From contig JAPEUD010000041.1 of the NCBI GenBank assembly GCA_026026165.1, forward strand, positions 124,001 to 188,000: DNA of 64,000 bases, given 5' to 3'. The number at the start of each line of letters is the position of its first letter. The first letter of the stretch is position 1. Both the position numbers and the translations under genes were made by a program. Of the stretch, positions 13,081 through 25,500 are shown one piece after another. Under the pieces are notes generated by a model. That model worked only from the letters and a program-made list of their open reading frames with translations, ran no database searches and had not been told where the DNA came from. The DNA comes from Sarea resinae (taxonomy: Eukaryota).

Positions 13081-13752
13081 TGCTAGCAACACCGAGAGCA
13101 GTACCGAGAAGTAGCGCATACACTATCACTCTTAGCTATATGTGGCACAGCTGTTCAGTCCTGGAACTTCCTCGTGCAAGAACCTAGAACCCGGTCCTAG
13201 TGCCAGAATTCGAGATAATGATACATCAGGGCTGAATTGGGAATTGGCGTTATTGGCGCAGCGGAACACGTTTTCTTCTTCAGGAGGGAGAGGGTGGGCT
13301 TGTGAAGTCGTTTGTTAGGGGTTTTCGTAATAGGGGCCCGGGCTTAGTTTGTGAGCACTGGTCCAACCTGGTCAGGGAAACATGAGAGAAGAACAGAAAC
13401 GAGACGAAGTGAAGCGAGAAAAAAATGAAGAGAAGAAAAGAGAACAACAAAGGGTCAGTGGCAAAGAAGTGAGCCTGTATCATTTTTTTTCTAGCTCTAG
13501 AGACACTCGTCAAGCAGATATCAAAGCTCAAGACTAGCTATATATTCAGACCGTTTCCGAACTCACCAGACCCATCCACTGTGGACGACGAAGTGAAGTC
13601 ATTGTAGATGGATATAAAGGATACGCTCGTCTGAGGGCAATGTAGCGGTGATTTTGGCCAGAGAAAAGGAAAGGGAAAAGAGATACAGCAACCCGAACGT
13701 GCGGTAAAAAGCCACGGTGGAGCAATCCCAAGCTGGGGTGCCCGAACGCTTT

Positions 13753-13807
13753 CCCTCCTGCGCCTCCAGACGCCTCCTGCGCCTCCAGACGCCTCCTGCG
13801 CCTCCAG
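13753..13807. repeat. 19-bp tandem repeat (CGCCTCCTGCGCCTCCAGA), about 3 copies
   Basis: Read directly; lies just downstream of the BTB copy 2 stop codon. Confidence 0.9.
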
Positions 13808-13835
13808 CAATGATGGCTTCGGAAACGAACCGCTC

Positions 13836-14721
13836 TCACTCGACCGGCATCTCGGTCCTGAAGGCATGACAGATAGTCTCCAGGATACCCTCGGCCTCGC
13901 GCTCCGCCGAACGGCCCGACCGCGAACAACGATCGTCCAGCTCGAGATAGTCCTCGGTCTTGCTCTTCGCCATGGCCTTCAGCGCGCCGATCCGATAGTC
14001 CGTGGCAAACATGAAGAGTCGCGCGTACGCCAACAGCCTGTAGTTTGGTTTATGCTTCGATGGATCCCGAGGAGCTCGTCCTCGTCCTCCTCCTCGTCGT
14101 CCTCCTCCTCCTCCTGCTGCTCCTCGTCCGCCGCCGCCGCCGCCGCCTTCTCCTCCTCCGTTCGCCATCACCCATGCCTCGTGGGCCGCGTTGTTGTTGG
14201 AATTGCTAGGGAAGCGCCCCGTATACGCCCACTCGACGAAGCCGAAGACCATGTCGTCGTCCGCGAGGGGGAACCGCCATACCCCCCCTCCGGGGGTCCC
14301 TCCGGGCTCGCTCTGCTGCAGATGCGCGAAGATGTCGAAGCCGTCGTCGTCGGAGACTTTCAACTTGAGCAGCGCCGTGTGGAGGTTGTATGTTCGTGCC
14401 GAGTCGCGGCCTTGGATCTGGATGATGTCGGATTCCCAGCGACTATAACGTGCGTGCGTGCGTGCGTGCTTTTCAGCTGGATGGACTGAGACCGTTGGGG
14501 GGGGGAGGGGGGGCGGTCTGGATACAGACAGACAGGCAGGGCTTGCTAAGGGGAGAACGGACGTACCTGCGGCGGCGGTGGGCAGCAGACTTGCTCTCGA
14601 AGGACGGGCTGGACATCGTGGTTCTGTTTCGTCGCTTGGCAGAAGATGGTTCTGGTGTTGGCGTAGATGGGTTGGAACGCTTTCTCTTGATCGGCCTCGC
14701 GGGCGACCAGTGGCTAGACAT
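13836..14721 (-). CDS. BTB/POZ-domain protein, copy 2 (basic NLS-like N-terminus, Gly/Arg-rich insert)
   Basis: Exon 1 14721-14567, phase-2 intron 14566-14443, then RWESDIIQIQG..TYNLHTALL..WRFP..MVFGFVEWAYTGRF..YARLFMFATDYRIGALK. The branch site of this intron is weak. Confidence 0.72.
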
Positions 14722-15307
14722 GGGGTCGTGGGAAAGACAGGTGTCGGTCAAGAACCAAGATGGATCAAACTAAAAAAGAAAAGGTCCAGGATCGAGTCAA
14801 GGGTTATGCAGACGCCGGGATGGGAGCGGGGAAGTCGTCAGTGGATGGATGCGTGGAGAGAAGGAGACGTAGATGAAGGAGGGTGTGAGCGGATGATGGA
14901 GACGGGAGGAGTGAATGGAACGGAAGGTGAGAGTAAATTGGAAGCCTGACAGACAGTTTCTTGTCACATGGGCGACCACACTGCGGTGAGTACCTGACCT
15001 TGAGGTTGTCAGTAAGGCCAAAGAGACACAAGTCGCGGTCTTAGTGCATATCCATTTTTTGTACGGGGCAGTGGGTAGGTAGGTAGGCAGATTGGCAAAT
15101 CGCTCGATCGAATCTTCAATTCATCTTTTCTCAGAGGAGTGAAATAAGAAACTGGAATGCGTGATATGTGGGAGTGTAAGATTAGCAGAGCTGAAAAAGT
15201 CCCTTCGAGGATGCAAAGATGAAGATTCTATCCTGATGCCCCCGCCGCCGCCGTGCTGGAGAAAACGCCCTCCTCTGACCAAACCCTCCAAACCGAGACT
15301 CACGTCC

Positions 15308-15833
15308 TCAATCCTCGTCCATCGTCTCCACTACCTCGGAGAAATTGTCCAGCAGCATCTGAATAGCGTCAGGACTGGCTGTGTGACCGAAGTTGCGCAT
15401 GCGATGATAGATCTCGCCGCGTGCGTAATCTTGCAAATCTTCGGCCCTATAAGCTGCGCCGAACAGGAAAAGCTGAATGTTGACTTTCACGCCCGTGTCG
15501 TTGGCGTCTTTCACGCAGGTGCCGGTGTAGACCCACTCGATGAATCGGATCAAGGTCTCGTCTTTCATGCGAGGGAATATCCATGTATCATCGAACTTCT
15601 GCTCCAGAACGTCGTGGATATCGCATTCCTTCCCGTCTTCAGAGACTGGCTTGAACTTGGACCTCAGCAGATCAGTGTGAATCATGTAAGTCTGGCCGGA
15701 GTCGCAGGCGCAAACTTTCATGACGTCGGAGAGCAGGAGACTAGGGATGAATTAGCTACAACCCTTGGCGAGTACAGCACATCGAAGCTTACTTGGCAAA
15801 AATGGGAGAAGTAGTGCTGACACGAGCGGCCAT
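15308..15833 (-). CDS. BTB/POZ-domain protein, copy 3 (minimal, about 157 aa)
   Basis: Exon 1 15833-15793 (MAARVSTTSPIFA), phase-2 intron 15792-15741 (GTAAGC..CTAAT..TAG), then LLLSDVMKV..TYMIHTDLL..WIFP..ETLIRFIEWVYTG..NIQLFLFGAAYRAEDLQ. Confidence 0.75.
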
Positions 15834-16656
15834 TTTGCTTCTCGTCTTAAAAATCGGAGGAGATGTTCATGAAAGCCGAAGAAGTGCTGGACAAGCACTT
15901 GAGGTCTGGGATTGAGTTATAGTAGAGGTCTCCTGTATATCATTGGTAATCTGACATTGAAGTGAGAGAAAAGATCACTGACCTGAGCCGGATGCAGAAG
16001 ATGTGGCACTTCAATGGGATGCACTCATAAAGGTAAGCTGAGCAATAACACGCTGAGGGCTATTCATGCAACGACTGGAACGGCAGAGTCGAGTTGGTGG
16101 ACACGGGAGACGGTGTGGTGACAGATATCTTTCCTTTTGGATTTACCGTTGAGGGCTAGACGTCATGAAAGGCGAAGATATAGTATCTCAAAAGACCATT
16201 ATGGGGAATGGAGAGACGAAGTCATCAATTCAGCCGGTGAATGACTCCAAAGATCCCACAACGGAAGTCGGCCTCGTCCCTTTCGCGAGGTGAGGTTCTG
16301 GTCTCTCTATTCACCGTCTCCCTTCCCTCTTCTGAAGCATGTGATTTAAGGTAAAAATCGACGAACGTCTCAGAGCCCTCACGTCGCGTCTCCCCAACGC
16401 CTTCGTTTTCCATGTTTATCTTCTCCTGACTTCTGATTGGCCCGCTGGCAGGTAAACACAACACAACACAACAAACCGATGATCACAAAAGTGAATAGCA
16501 AAAACGCGCACCAGGTCCCACCAAAGACGGCAATAAACATTCCAACGATGATATCTAGTGCAACGTGAAACTCCTTGAATCCTTATGCGAGACCAGTATC
16601 GGCCATTTTCCGTCATCCAGAATCCCCAAACGCCGATCACCATAGCCATGCGAAAT

Positions 16657-17773
16657 TTATTTGGGAGTCGTCGTAGCCGTCGCAGCACCAGCAGCCTTAC
16701 TTTTTCTTCTCTTGGGTTGCTTTGGCGCCGCAATCGGGCTTTTCTCTCCCCCCTTACTCCCTTTTCTGCCAGCTGTAGGCGAAGGCAAGTTTTTCGGCTG
16801 CGGGGTCGGCGGCGATGAAGCCTTGACCGCAGCAGCGGCCTTGTTCTGAGCCTGCGCCTGCGGTGGAACGCGACTAGAGGAAAGAATAAAGGAGCCCGGT
16901 TCTCCCACGAGAGGGTTCTCATCCATATACTCGTTTGCATACTGAAGGGATAGATTGAGCGATTGTTCTAGAGCCCGAGCTTCTTGGACCTCGTAGGATG
17001 TGCCGGAGGATGTGGATTTGATGTTTCGGCTTGCGCCTTGAGGTTCGGGCAAAGGAGTGTTTTCTTTACTCATTTGCGAGATTTGAGAGGTCGGGGCTGA
17101 CGTTAAGGGCTTCGGGGGAGGGGAAATGTATGTGTGGCCGGTTGAAGGGGAGAATAACGGCAGAGACGAGGCATTTGCAAGAAATTTGGTCAGGGAGGTG
17201 ACAGTGGATAGCTAGCACCAGCACATCAGCTTCTGGGCGGCACTTATGGCGTCTCTGTTCGACTCACCACCTTGCTCCCAATGACGCTACCGATCGTAGG
17301 AGCCATGTAAATGTTCTCTCCAATGATAAAATAAGAGCTCAGTACAGTAAGCTCGTCATCGGCTCCCTGTTTCTTTCGCCGCACTTGTTTTCGGATAACC
17401 CAGACACCAGTATCTTCAAAGGACGCGCCTGGTTTCTGCGGCGGCATTGGTCCTGGCTCAAGAGCCACCATGAATTCCAATCCTTGCATCGTCTTGAGTC
17501 GCCCTTCGAAAGCCTCGCGTGTTTGGATAATATGAAACATGGCCGGATTGTAGGTAGCCTGGGTGGTGAGTATGGCATTATTGGATGTCGCATCGAAGAA
17601 TGGTGAGTGAGAAAAGTATGGGAGAACTACTTGTCGGTCAGTGATGAAGTCCATGATGCGTCGTCCAGAGCGAGCCACTGACCAGTATTGGTGTGGATAC
17701 CACCCATCGATTGCGCAATTGGTGGTGAGCGCCATTGGATTTCATCCAGGACAGGCTCCTTTGCGCCGGCCAT
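16657..17773 (-). CDS. MED6: Mediator of RNA polymerase II transcription subunit 6
   Basis: LDEIQWRSP..GGIHTNT-VLPYFSHSPFFDATSNN..LKTMQGLEF..VWVIRKQ..YFIIGENIYMAP. Introns at 17682-17627 and 17267-17212. Confidence 0.93.
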
Positions 17774-18061
17774 AGCGGCAAGTGCTCCGTTGCCAAGTGG
17801 CTGATTATTGGAATTGGTGGTGGACAAGTTGATCGATGGAGTGAGGTTGACTTTCGAGGACAAGGATGCGGCAAGCTCCGAACCCTACGGTTCAGCCCTA
17901 CGGCGTCTCGAATAAGCATGTCGTTAGTGCATCTGATCTATCTATCGCCTCAGCAATCCTCGGCGCATAAACCATATTTCATACTTGTAGGTATCAATTC
18001 CTCTACAGCTACCTCATCATATCATATTCTCTTCAACATGAACAATCTACGTAGCTGCACC

Positions 18062-18283
18062 CTAATCCCTATCCGTCTCCTCATCGAAAGAAATCTCCTC
18101 GCACTCCCAGCAAGTATCCCAGCAGTTTCTGAGGCAGTATTCCTCGTAATTCGGACAGTCAAAGGAGCCCCACGGTTTCATATCATACGCTCCCAGGGGA
18201 CAGGCGGCACAGCGCTCGATGTCATCTAGATATCTGATCTTGGCATGGTAGCAAAGCGCCCAGTAGTAACCCACCCGACACAT
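18062..18283 (-). CDS. Candidate 73-aa cysteine-rich microprotein (MC..CxH..CxxC pattern)
   Basis: CACC-ATG start context. The sequence MCRVGYYWALCYH...CAAC...C...C...CWDTCWEC plus an acidic tail resembles small putative Zn-binding fungal proteins. Confidence 0.45.
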   Translation of the reverse strand: MCRVGYYWALCYHAKIRYLDDIERCAACPLGAYDMKPWGSFDCPNYEEYCLRNCWDTCWECEEISFDEETDRD

Positions 18284-18900
18284 GGTGAGTTCGAAAAGTA
18301 TCTGTAGGGCTGAGCGAGAAAAGGGGCCGGGTTGATAGGTAGTATAACACTTTGATAAAATTCTTTGGTTAATGTAGACGAGCTGACGTTGTGTGGTATT
18401 TTGGTTGCCTTGAAATAGAACGATCTATAGCTGGCAGTTGGGGGCTTTTCAGGACATCCCGGAGCCATGTCGGCCTACGAGAGAGGGAGGTGAATGGATG
18501 ACATTGACACAGGCGTCATTGCTTTGTTTAGGAGTGAATACGTTGGACTCTGCAGACCGCACGTCCACGATCCGAGGACCGGAATTCGAGCCACTGATCG
18601 GTAAGATGAGAGTTGAACCCCTATAATTCCAATTCTACATATGTAGTTTATCTAGTCTGTATGATGTTTCGATAAGATGTTGAAACGGCGTGAATCATCC
18701 ACGTATGAGTGGTAAGCGACAGACCATCTGTACTCCAAAAAACGCCACGAAAATGCGATGATCCGATGTCAATCATGCTACCGGTGCGCCAGTTGATGGT
18801 GCTCGTCCCATGCCACCAACCTCAGCCCCGGAATGATATGAAACCCCAAACAAGAAAACATTCGAGAAGACACGTCGACGTGGAGAGATCAAATCTCAAT

Positions 18901-21513
18901 CTAAGATTTCAGGACAAAACCCCCAAGTGTGCTCTCCAGCTTCGCCTCCATCTCTTCATATTCCTCCTTGGCTGTACTTAGGGCCGTTACTGCACCACCA
19001 GCCCCGACTCGCCAAACTTCCCTCTCATTTTCCTGTCTGCCCGTCGTTTCGGAATGCATGTTCGTGTCGACGCCATCCTCATCAGCAACTGACTCACCAT
19101 CAACAACCTCATCATCCCACCTGAAAGCGCTTCGAATGACTACCGCAAAGTCTCCACCTCCACCTACGTCGAGGTAGCCTAGGACACCAGAGTACATGCC
19201 ACGCGGGACATGATTCTCGAGTTGGGATAGGAGCTCGCAGGAGCGGCGTTTGGGAGCGCCAGTCATAGAGCCAGGCGGGAGAGAGGATGCCAGGATATCC
19301 AGACCCGTAAGGTTGCTTTGATGAGGAAATGATGGTGAAGTTGGAGACGTAGGAGAAGTAGGGGTAGATGGAGGGGAGTCGAATTGCTGCTCTGCTGTGG
19401 AGGGGGAGGAGAGGGGGTTGTAGAACGACGGGAGGTGACCCTCGATGACTGAGACCAGCTGGTAGACGGTTTCGTATTCTTCGACGCTCATGAGCTGTTT
19501 CACATCCACGTTTCCGGCGCCCACTACGCCATGCAGATCATGACGGATCAAATCGACAATCATGAGGTTCTCGGCGCGTTCTTTTGGCGAATTCAGGATC
19601 TCTTCCGCAAGAGCACGGTTCATTGAAGCATGCTTCCGAACGGTACCCTTGATGGGACGGAGTTGGCATGTCCCTGTCCGATCCCAGCGGAGGAATCTCT
19701 CCGGACTGCTGCTTACGAGAGTAGCGGGTCCAAGACGGATGTATGCGCCGAATGTTGCGGGGTTGCGTTTTCGAAGCCTCTTGAAGAGAGCCCAGGCATT
19801 GTCCGTAGCGTCGGCGCTTCCAGATGGATTACGAGGTGCCAGGAGCTTCGTTTGCGCCGTGAGGCAGAGCTCGTATGAGTCGCCTGCCCGAATGTACTCC
19901 TGGCACTTGCGGACCTTCTTCTGGTATTCTGCGTCATTTGGCCGCTCGACTCGCATGATCTTGAATTTGGATGATGATGACTCTCGCTTCTGCTGCTCTA
20001 CGAAGGCGCCAAGACCTCCTAGACCCCCAAGTCGCACCGGCTGTCCAAGGAGATCCGCGATACTGTCCGGATTTGCCGGAGCGGATGTTTTGTATCGGCG
20101 AATCCTGCCTCCGGAGGCCAACGTTTCGATCAATTGCTGCGTTCGGTTGAGCCATGGTTTATCCTGGGGCAGCAGAGATTGTATGTAGACTCGGCCGCTA
20201 AGGTGGTCGACGACGATGCTTCTCTCAATGAAAGCAAAGTTGATATCTGGCCGCTTGAAGGGTGCACCAGAAGCCGACTTCGGAGACGGTTGTACGTTGA
20301 TTGTCTCTAGACCTGCCTCATAAGATATATATCCGATGAAGCCGCCCCAGAAAGGGCACTCTAGCTCTCCACCAAAGGCCTTGTGCTCTTTCATGACGTG
20401 CGCTAAATACTCCCATATACTACTGCCATAATCGCTCAGAAGTCGCTGGGAGATGCAAATGTCGTTGATTGAATGGGATACCAGCTTTGACTCGACATCA
20501 TAAGTCAATTTAACGGTGCGGTCAGGAATCACGATGCCGACGATACTGAATCTCCCACAATCTTTTCGAGAAATGGCGGATTCCAGTACCACACTTTCGC
20601 CTTCAGTTGTTTCCAGTGCCTCGCACAGATCAGGGATTGTCATGCAACCGGAACGTGCCAATGCTGTGCCGACGACCCTCTTCGACCACGGCAACCCAGT
20701 CTGAGTCTTGTCTCGGAAGCCGGTGAGCTTCGAGGCCTTGGCTCTGTCTAACAAGCTTCTCCACGCAATTCCGCGCATAGGAGGGTCCTCGTAATCTCTG
20801 TCGGCGACAGTTTCATTCCTTCTATTCCACTCTCTTGCTTCCTTCCACCAATTGAAGAGTATCTTTGCGCTTTCGGGATTCGTGCAAGCAGATTCGGGGT
20901 GAAATTGCACACCCCAAAAAGGCTTCTCCGTATGTTTGATTGCCATCAATATCGCACCGTTTCCGAGGTCACTACAGTCCCATCCTAGAGGCTCCAGTAG
21001 CGGACAGGTTGTAGTCGGTCGCCACAGGTCACCAGGACGAGCCACGGACTGGCTGGTCTGTATTGAGTGGCCGATGTTGGCATGAAGTGAGTGATACTGG
21101 GTGGGTCTGATCTCGTCCACGTCTTCGAAGATTGACGTGCCATTGTGTAAAACCTCGGTCACAATGCCGTGTCGAGGCTGCGCGAGTTTCTCGATCGTCG
21201 CACCGAAGGCGAGAGCAAGGCTCTGAAACCCTAGGCAGATGCCCAGTGTCGGCCGAACATCCGATTCTTGCAGCCTCCAGATCTCGTCGATGAGTCCAAC
21301 ATCTCGAGAGATGGTAGGGTTGCCGGGACCAGGCCCAATGACAATGCCGTCGAACGCCTTCAAGAAGGTCGGCAGGTCCGATATGCTGCTGTCGATATTT
21401 ATCACGGTGACATCGGCGTGAAGGTCGGTTTCGAGCAGCGAGATGATGTTGTTCGAGAAGGAGTCGTAGGCATCCACGAAAAGAAGACGTGGGCGAACTT
21501 CGGTGGGCACCAT
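18901..21513 (-). CDS. ABZ1: Aminodeoxychorismate (PABA) synthase, fused PabA-PabB
   Basis: Single 870-aa ORF with class I GATase (DAYDSF, GPGPG, GICLG, QFHPE) and chorismate-binding domain (GDSYELCLT, SSPERF, PIKGT, KERAENLMIVDLIRHDL, PPGSMTGAPK). Confidence 0.95.
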   Translation of the reverse strand: MVPTEVRPRLLFVDAYDSFSNNIISLLETDLHADVTVINIDSSISDLPTFLKAFDGIVIGPGPGNPTISRDVGLIDEIWRLQESDVRPTLGICLGFQSLALAFGATIEKLAQPRHGIVTEVLHNGTSIFEDVDEIRPTQYHSLHANIGHSIQTSQSVARPGDLWRPTTTCPLLEPLGWDCSDLGNGAILMAIKHTEKPFWGVQFHPESACTNPESAKILFNWWKEAREWNRRNETVADRDYEDPPMRGIAWRSLLDRAKASKLTGFRDKTQTGLPWSKRVVGTALARSGCMTIPDLCEALETTEGESVVLESAISRKDCGRFSIVGIVIPDRTVKLTYDVESKLVSHSINDICISQRLLSDYGSSIWEYLAHVMKEHKAFGGELECPFWGGFIGYISYEAGLETINVQPSPKSASGAPFKRPDINFAFIERSIVVDHLSGRVYIQSLLPQDKPWLNRTQQLIETLASGGRIRRYKTSAPANPDSIADLLGQPVRLGGLGGLGAFVEQQKRESSSSKFKIMRVERPNDAEYQKKVRKCQEYIRAGDSYELCLTAQTKLLAPRNPSGSADATDNAWALFKRLRKRNPATFGAYIRLGPATLVSSSPERFLRWDRTGTCQLRPIKGTVRKHASMNRALAEEILNSPKERAENLMIVDLIRHDLHGVVGAGNVDVKQLMSVEEYETVYQLVSVIEGHLPSFYNPLSSPSTAEQQFDSPPSTPTSPTSPTSPSFPHQSNLTGLDILASSLPPGSMTGAPKRRSCELLSQLENHVPRGMYSGVLGYLDVGGGGDFAVVIRSAFRWDDEVVDGESVADEDGVDTNMHSETTGRQENEREVWRVGAGGAVTALSTAKEEYEEMEAKLESTLGGFVLKS

Positions 21514-22568
21514 CTTGTGCGCCAGACACCACTCGCAGCCAGCCCTCTTCGACGATGAGGATGTTGAGGCCGACCAAGGATGAGATTTCGTATCGAATGG
21601 AGAGTAACTGACGATCTATCCCACGATCATCATGAACAACGGCTCTCGTCGTGAATAGTTGAGTTGATAAGAGGCAGACCGGCCAGCAGATCATCTGCTC
21701 TGTCATAAGTAACGAATAACTCGGCGACGCGACACTTGCAGGGCTCGGGCAGGGTTCGGGGGCCCCGAACGATCCGCCGGGGTCAGATCGGAAACATCAG
21801 GTAAGCGGCTCTCGATCGTCGGAGCACTCGGGTCTCAGCGTCATTTGGCGATAGGCGTTGAAGGCGACACACCGCAATTCCTCCCTGCGCGGATCTGTCC
21901 CTGAGTCTTTGGTGCCGCTAACGGATTGGACTTTGACTTTGACAATTGCGAATTGGCCGTTGCGAGAAGCGCAAGAGTCACGTCCAAGGGTCCAGGGTTC
22001 TGTCATGATTCGGGGCTGAGGAACCTGCATATAAGTACTCTCAGGTAGTACTAGCCCCCTTTCATGTGGTAGAAGACTTTGAAATACTCTGGGATAAGTC
22101 TCTCTTTCCCGCAACCCATCCCAGTGCGTGGCGAAACGGGGACAAAGGGAAGAGCACGTCTTTTAGGCCTGACCTCTTCCGAAGAGAGTCGTTATCAACA
22201 TCACACATTTGTAGAGTCAAGATTCGATAAGGAAGTAATATTGGACAAGTGATACCATAGTACTCACATTTTCATTTCAGTGCTAATCTAGACTTGTTTA
22301 TCTATTCGCCTATCCGATCGCCGTCCGTTCATATTCACGCCCCTTGGTCAGCTGATCAGACCCAAGACACCGATCCCAATCTCGAAAGCGGTTTTTCTCG
22401 TTGAAGGCCAAAATATATGTCCATGCTGTATTTTCAACCCAATTGATTTTATCGCTACTCCATGATGTCACCGTTCGACCCTGACGATATGATTAAGACC
22501 CTTGAAACCGAGGCCTCCGAGGAATTCTATCTCCATCTCTCTCCACAAAACACCATGTTGCTCGCCCC

Positions 22569-25500
22569 TTAAGCGTCGGTGATAGCCAACGCAGTCGGAG
22601 GAGCAGGATCTACAACGGACGTTGAACGACGGTTCGACTCTTCGAGCTTGAGCATCATCTTCGTAAAATACTGGGCCACAAAATTTTCACTTCGTAGAGA
22701 GATTCGTCAGTGAATGACTCTTGCTGAGGTAAAAAGCAGAAGAGAGAATGAGAGAGAAGTGGGCAGTAGAGAAGCCTGCAGGGGTGGATGTGATATGGGA
22801 ACACTCACGTGTAGAAACTATGTGCGGCACTGTGATCCCCAACTAGATTGTGTGCGAGTTCGTGGCATAACACAACCCACCAATAGATGGTTGCCTCAGA
22901 TGCACTCTGGACTCGTTTCGGTCGCTCGTGTTCCTTCAAACCCGGTAGATGGAGCTGTTCGAAGAAGCGGAAGTTACAGAACAGGCTTCCCTGGCGATTG
23001 AATGCAATAGTGCTTCCGCTTTCGTCGTAGAAGATGTGTATGCTCTGGGGTGGAAGGGCGAAGACGCCTGCGCAGTCAAGAAGAATGGAAGCAAACGCGT
23101 TGAGGGCCGTGGAGTGGGTGGTAAGAAAAGCGGATTTATCAACAACGGAGTGAGCGACGAAGATCTTGATGCCGGGGCTAGAGGTGGAGAGAAAGAAAAT
23201 ATCTTGACCGGGACGTTCGTCGCAATATGACGCTGTTTCTTTAACCGTGTTCTCTGCGGGCGGAGAGTAGAGATTTGAAGAGTCATGGGAGCGGGACGCC
23301 TGAATGGCAGAGACTAGATTCTGAGATAGCTGGTGAGGTGCAGTCACCGACTCGGGCTGACCAGGCTGATGAGGAGTTGATCTGCCATCTTCAGTATAGG
23401 GTGGAGGAGGTACGTCTCCATCATGTGCGCTTCTACCAGCATCAGTGCTTGACCCATTTCCGAGCAAGTTATGAAAGAGCTGATTCTGAGCCCCATCATC
23501 AAAGCCTAGGTGTCTTGTAAGGGAAGAAAAAAGGCCCCCTTTCGCCCTTCGACTTCCAGGATTAGAGTTTGGGACAATCTGGTTATCCGCACCAAGGCCA
23601 TGGTGATCAGGAGAGTCAGGGCCGAAAGCACCAGGCATCGGAGCATCCTTTTCTTGCGTTGATGGGCGTTTTTCGTGGGAAAGAGAATTTTCGGCCCGCT
23701 TCCAAGCCTCCTCTTGTTCTCGAATCCGTTTGCGATCCTCCTCCAATTGCTTCAGACGCCGGTCTTCAGCCACACGAGCCTCCGCCTCCTTCGCTCTCAA
23801 TATGCGGTCAACATTATAGCCTCGAGTTCTTAGTTTTAGCAGATCCGTACCCAAGAGCATTTCGAGCATCATTGTGGAATGCGGACGTGGTCGCAAGAGT
23901 AAAAGGGTCACAAGCACTTGGCTGACCTGGAATAGATCATACTTGGAGGTCACCCATAAGACCCACCCTCTTCGAGGATCTTGAGTCACGGCCGCGGTTC
24001 TTGCTTCAGTATCGGACACGTTGTGCCCTCTGAGGTTCCTCCGCAATGATATGGCACGGACCGTTTGCACACTGAGATGCTTCTCAAGCCAGCGAGCATC
24101 ATGGCGTATCTTTTCCGAGCCCTGGTCGTGGAGAAACAATCTAGATCGCTCGAGCACTTGCTTCTGTAGCTTCGCTGCGGGTCGTTGGTCGCTGATGATG
24201 GTTCCAATTCGATAATCTTCTTCCACAATAAAACTGAGCTGTGAAACTCCAAGACCAGAGTAGAAGCTTTCCAGAAGCTCTTCTTGCGGAGCTACAAGAA
24301 GCTTCGTTTTGAAGAGACTATAACTGATAAAATCATCCACTATCACGGCCTCATTCACGTTAACGAGAGACCAATCCTTGATTCCTTCTCCGATTTCTTC
24401 ATCCTCATCAAGATCATCTCCATCCGGAACCAGTGCTTGGGTCTTCTCCCCGACAAGCGGCTGCGGTGGAATTATCTTATAGGCAAGTAAGAAACGAGCA
24501 CTCTTCATGTCTTTATAAAGTGTCTTGTCCTTTTTTAAAACAGGCAGCTCTGAAGCGAGTATTCGCAGTACGTCCAGGTACTTTTCATAACTCTGAAAGG
24601 TGGCTAGAGTGCGGTTTGGCTCCCGGACGACCATTTGCGCCAATTCAATTCTGCTAGGCTCGTGCTTTGATCCGCATTTGAGGAGAAAGGTGTTTGCCTC
24701 TTGGCCGAAGTCGACGAAGTCGAAGATATCACCATACATCTGGTTGTCTCCAAGAAAGCAGAGACGTGGGGGTACATATCGCACGGAAGAATGCTTCTCT
24801 GCTGGAACATTTGCAGTGTCGGATTTCGGAAAGATCGGCACAATTTCAGCATTTTTCAATCGCTCAACGCTATTTGGTCCCATTTCACCCAGGCGGGCAG
24901 AGAAATAGCCAAACATGTCTCGAGTCTCACGACGCGTCTTTGGAGGATCCTTGATTAATTTGACAATACAATCCTGCATCGGTGGATCTGGCGTCACTCC
25001 AAATTTAGAAGCGTGAGGATGGAGATCACGTCGGAGAACCTTGAAGCCCAGGATAGCCGCACGATCATTAGTGAAACACTGAGTGGGTAGATACGGCTTT
25101 GAAGCATCCTCTCCTTGAACTGGCAAGAAGGGTACCTTGACACTGCTAACATCAAACCTAATGTAGCCGTTGATGTGATGATTTGCAACGAAGTAGTTAA
25201 AAGCAGCTTCTCTTTTCGCGAAATCTTTCTGTGCGACCGATTTTGCCATAATATCAACCAATTCAGGCACAGTTGGGAAAGATCTCAAGCCCAAAAAGGT
25301 CAGGAATTTGCCCTCAATGCTACTTGAGCTATAGATGCCGGGCCAATTTATGATTGGTAGACCAAGGCTTCTTAATTGATCCTTGGGCTCAAAGAGTTCG
25401 GATACTTTATGCATCCCATTGTTCTGACCATCTTCTGCTGGACATATTGGAGTTTCCTTCAAGCGCTTGATATCGCCAGAGGGTATATCATCTCGAACTG

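Noticed and set aside
13866..14489. 207-aa plus-strand ORF with poly-Ser/Ala
   Set aside because: Antisense shadow of GC-rich BTB copy 2.
15161..15814. 217-aa plus-strand ORF
   Set aside because: Antisense to BTB copy 3, which has the recognisable motifs and splice signals.
18226..18468. 80-aa ORF MAPGCPEK...
   Set aside because: No motif; it overlaps the better-patterned Cys-rich ORF in another frame and more likely corresponds to its leader.
5290..21513. Secondary-metabolite cluster built around the SDR and ABZ1
   Set aside because: No PKS, NRPS, terpene synthase, transporter or cluster regulator; the neighbours are housekeeping genes.
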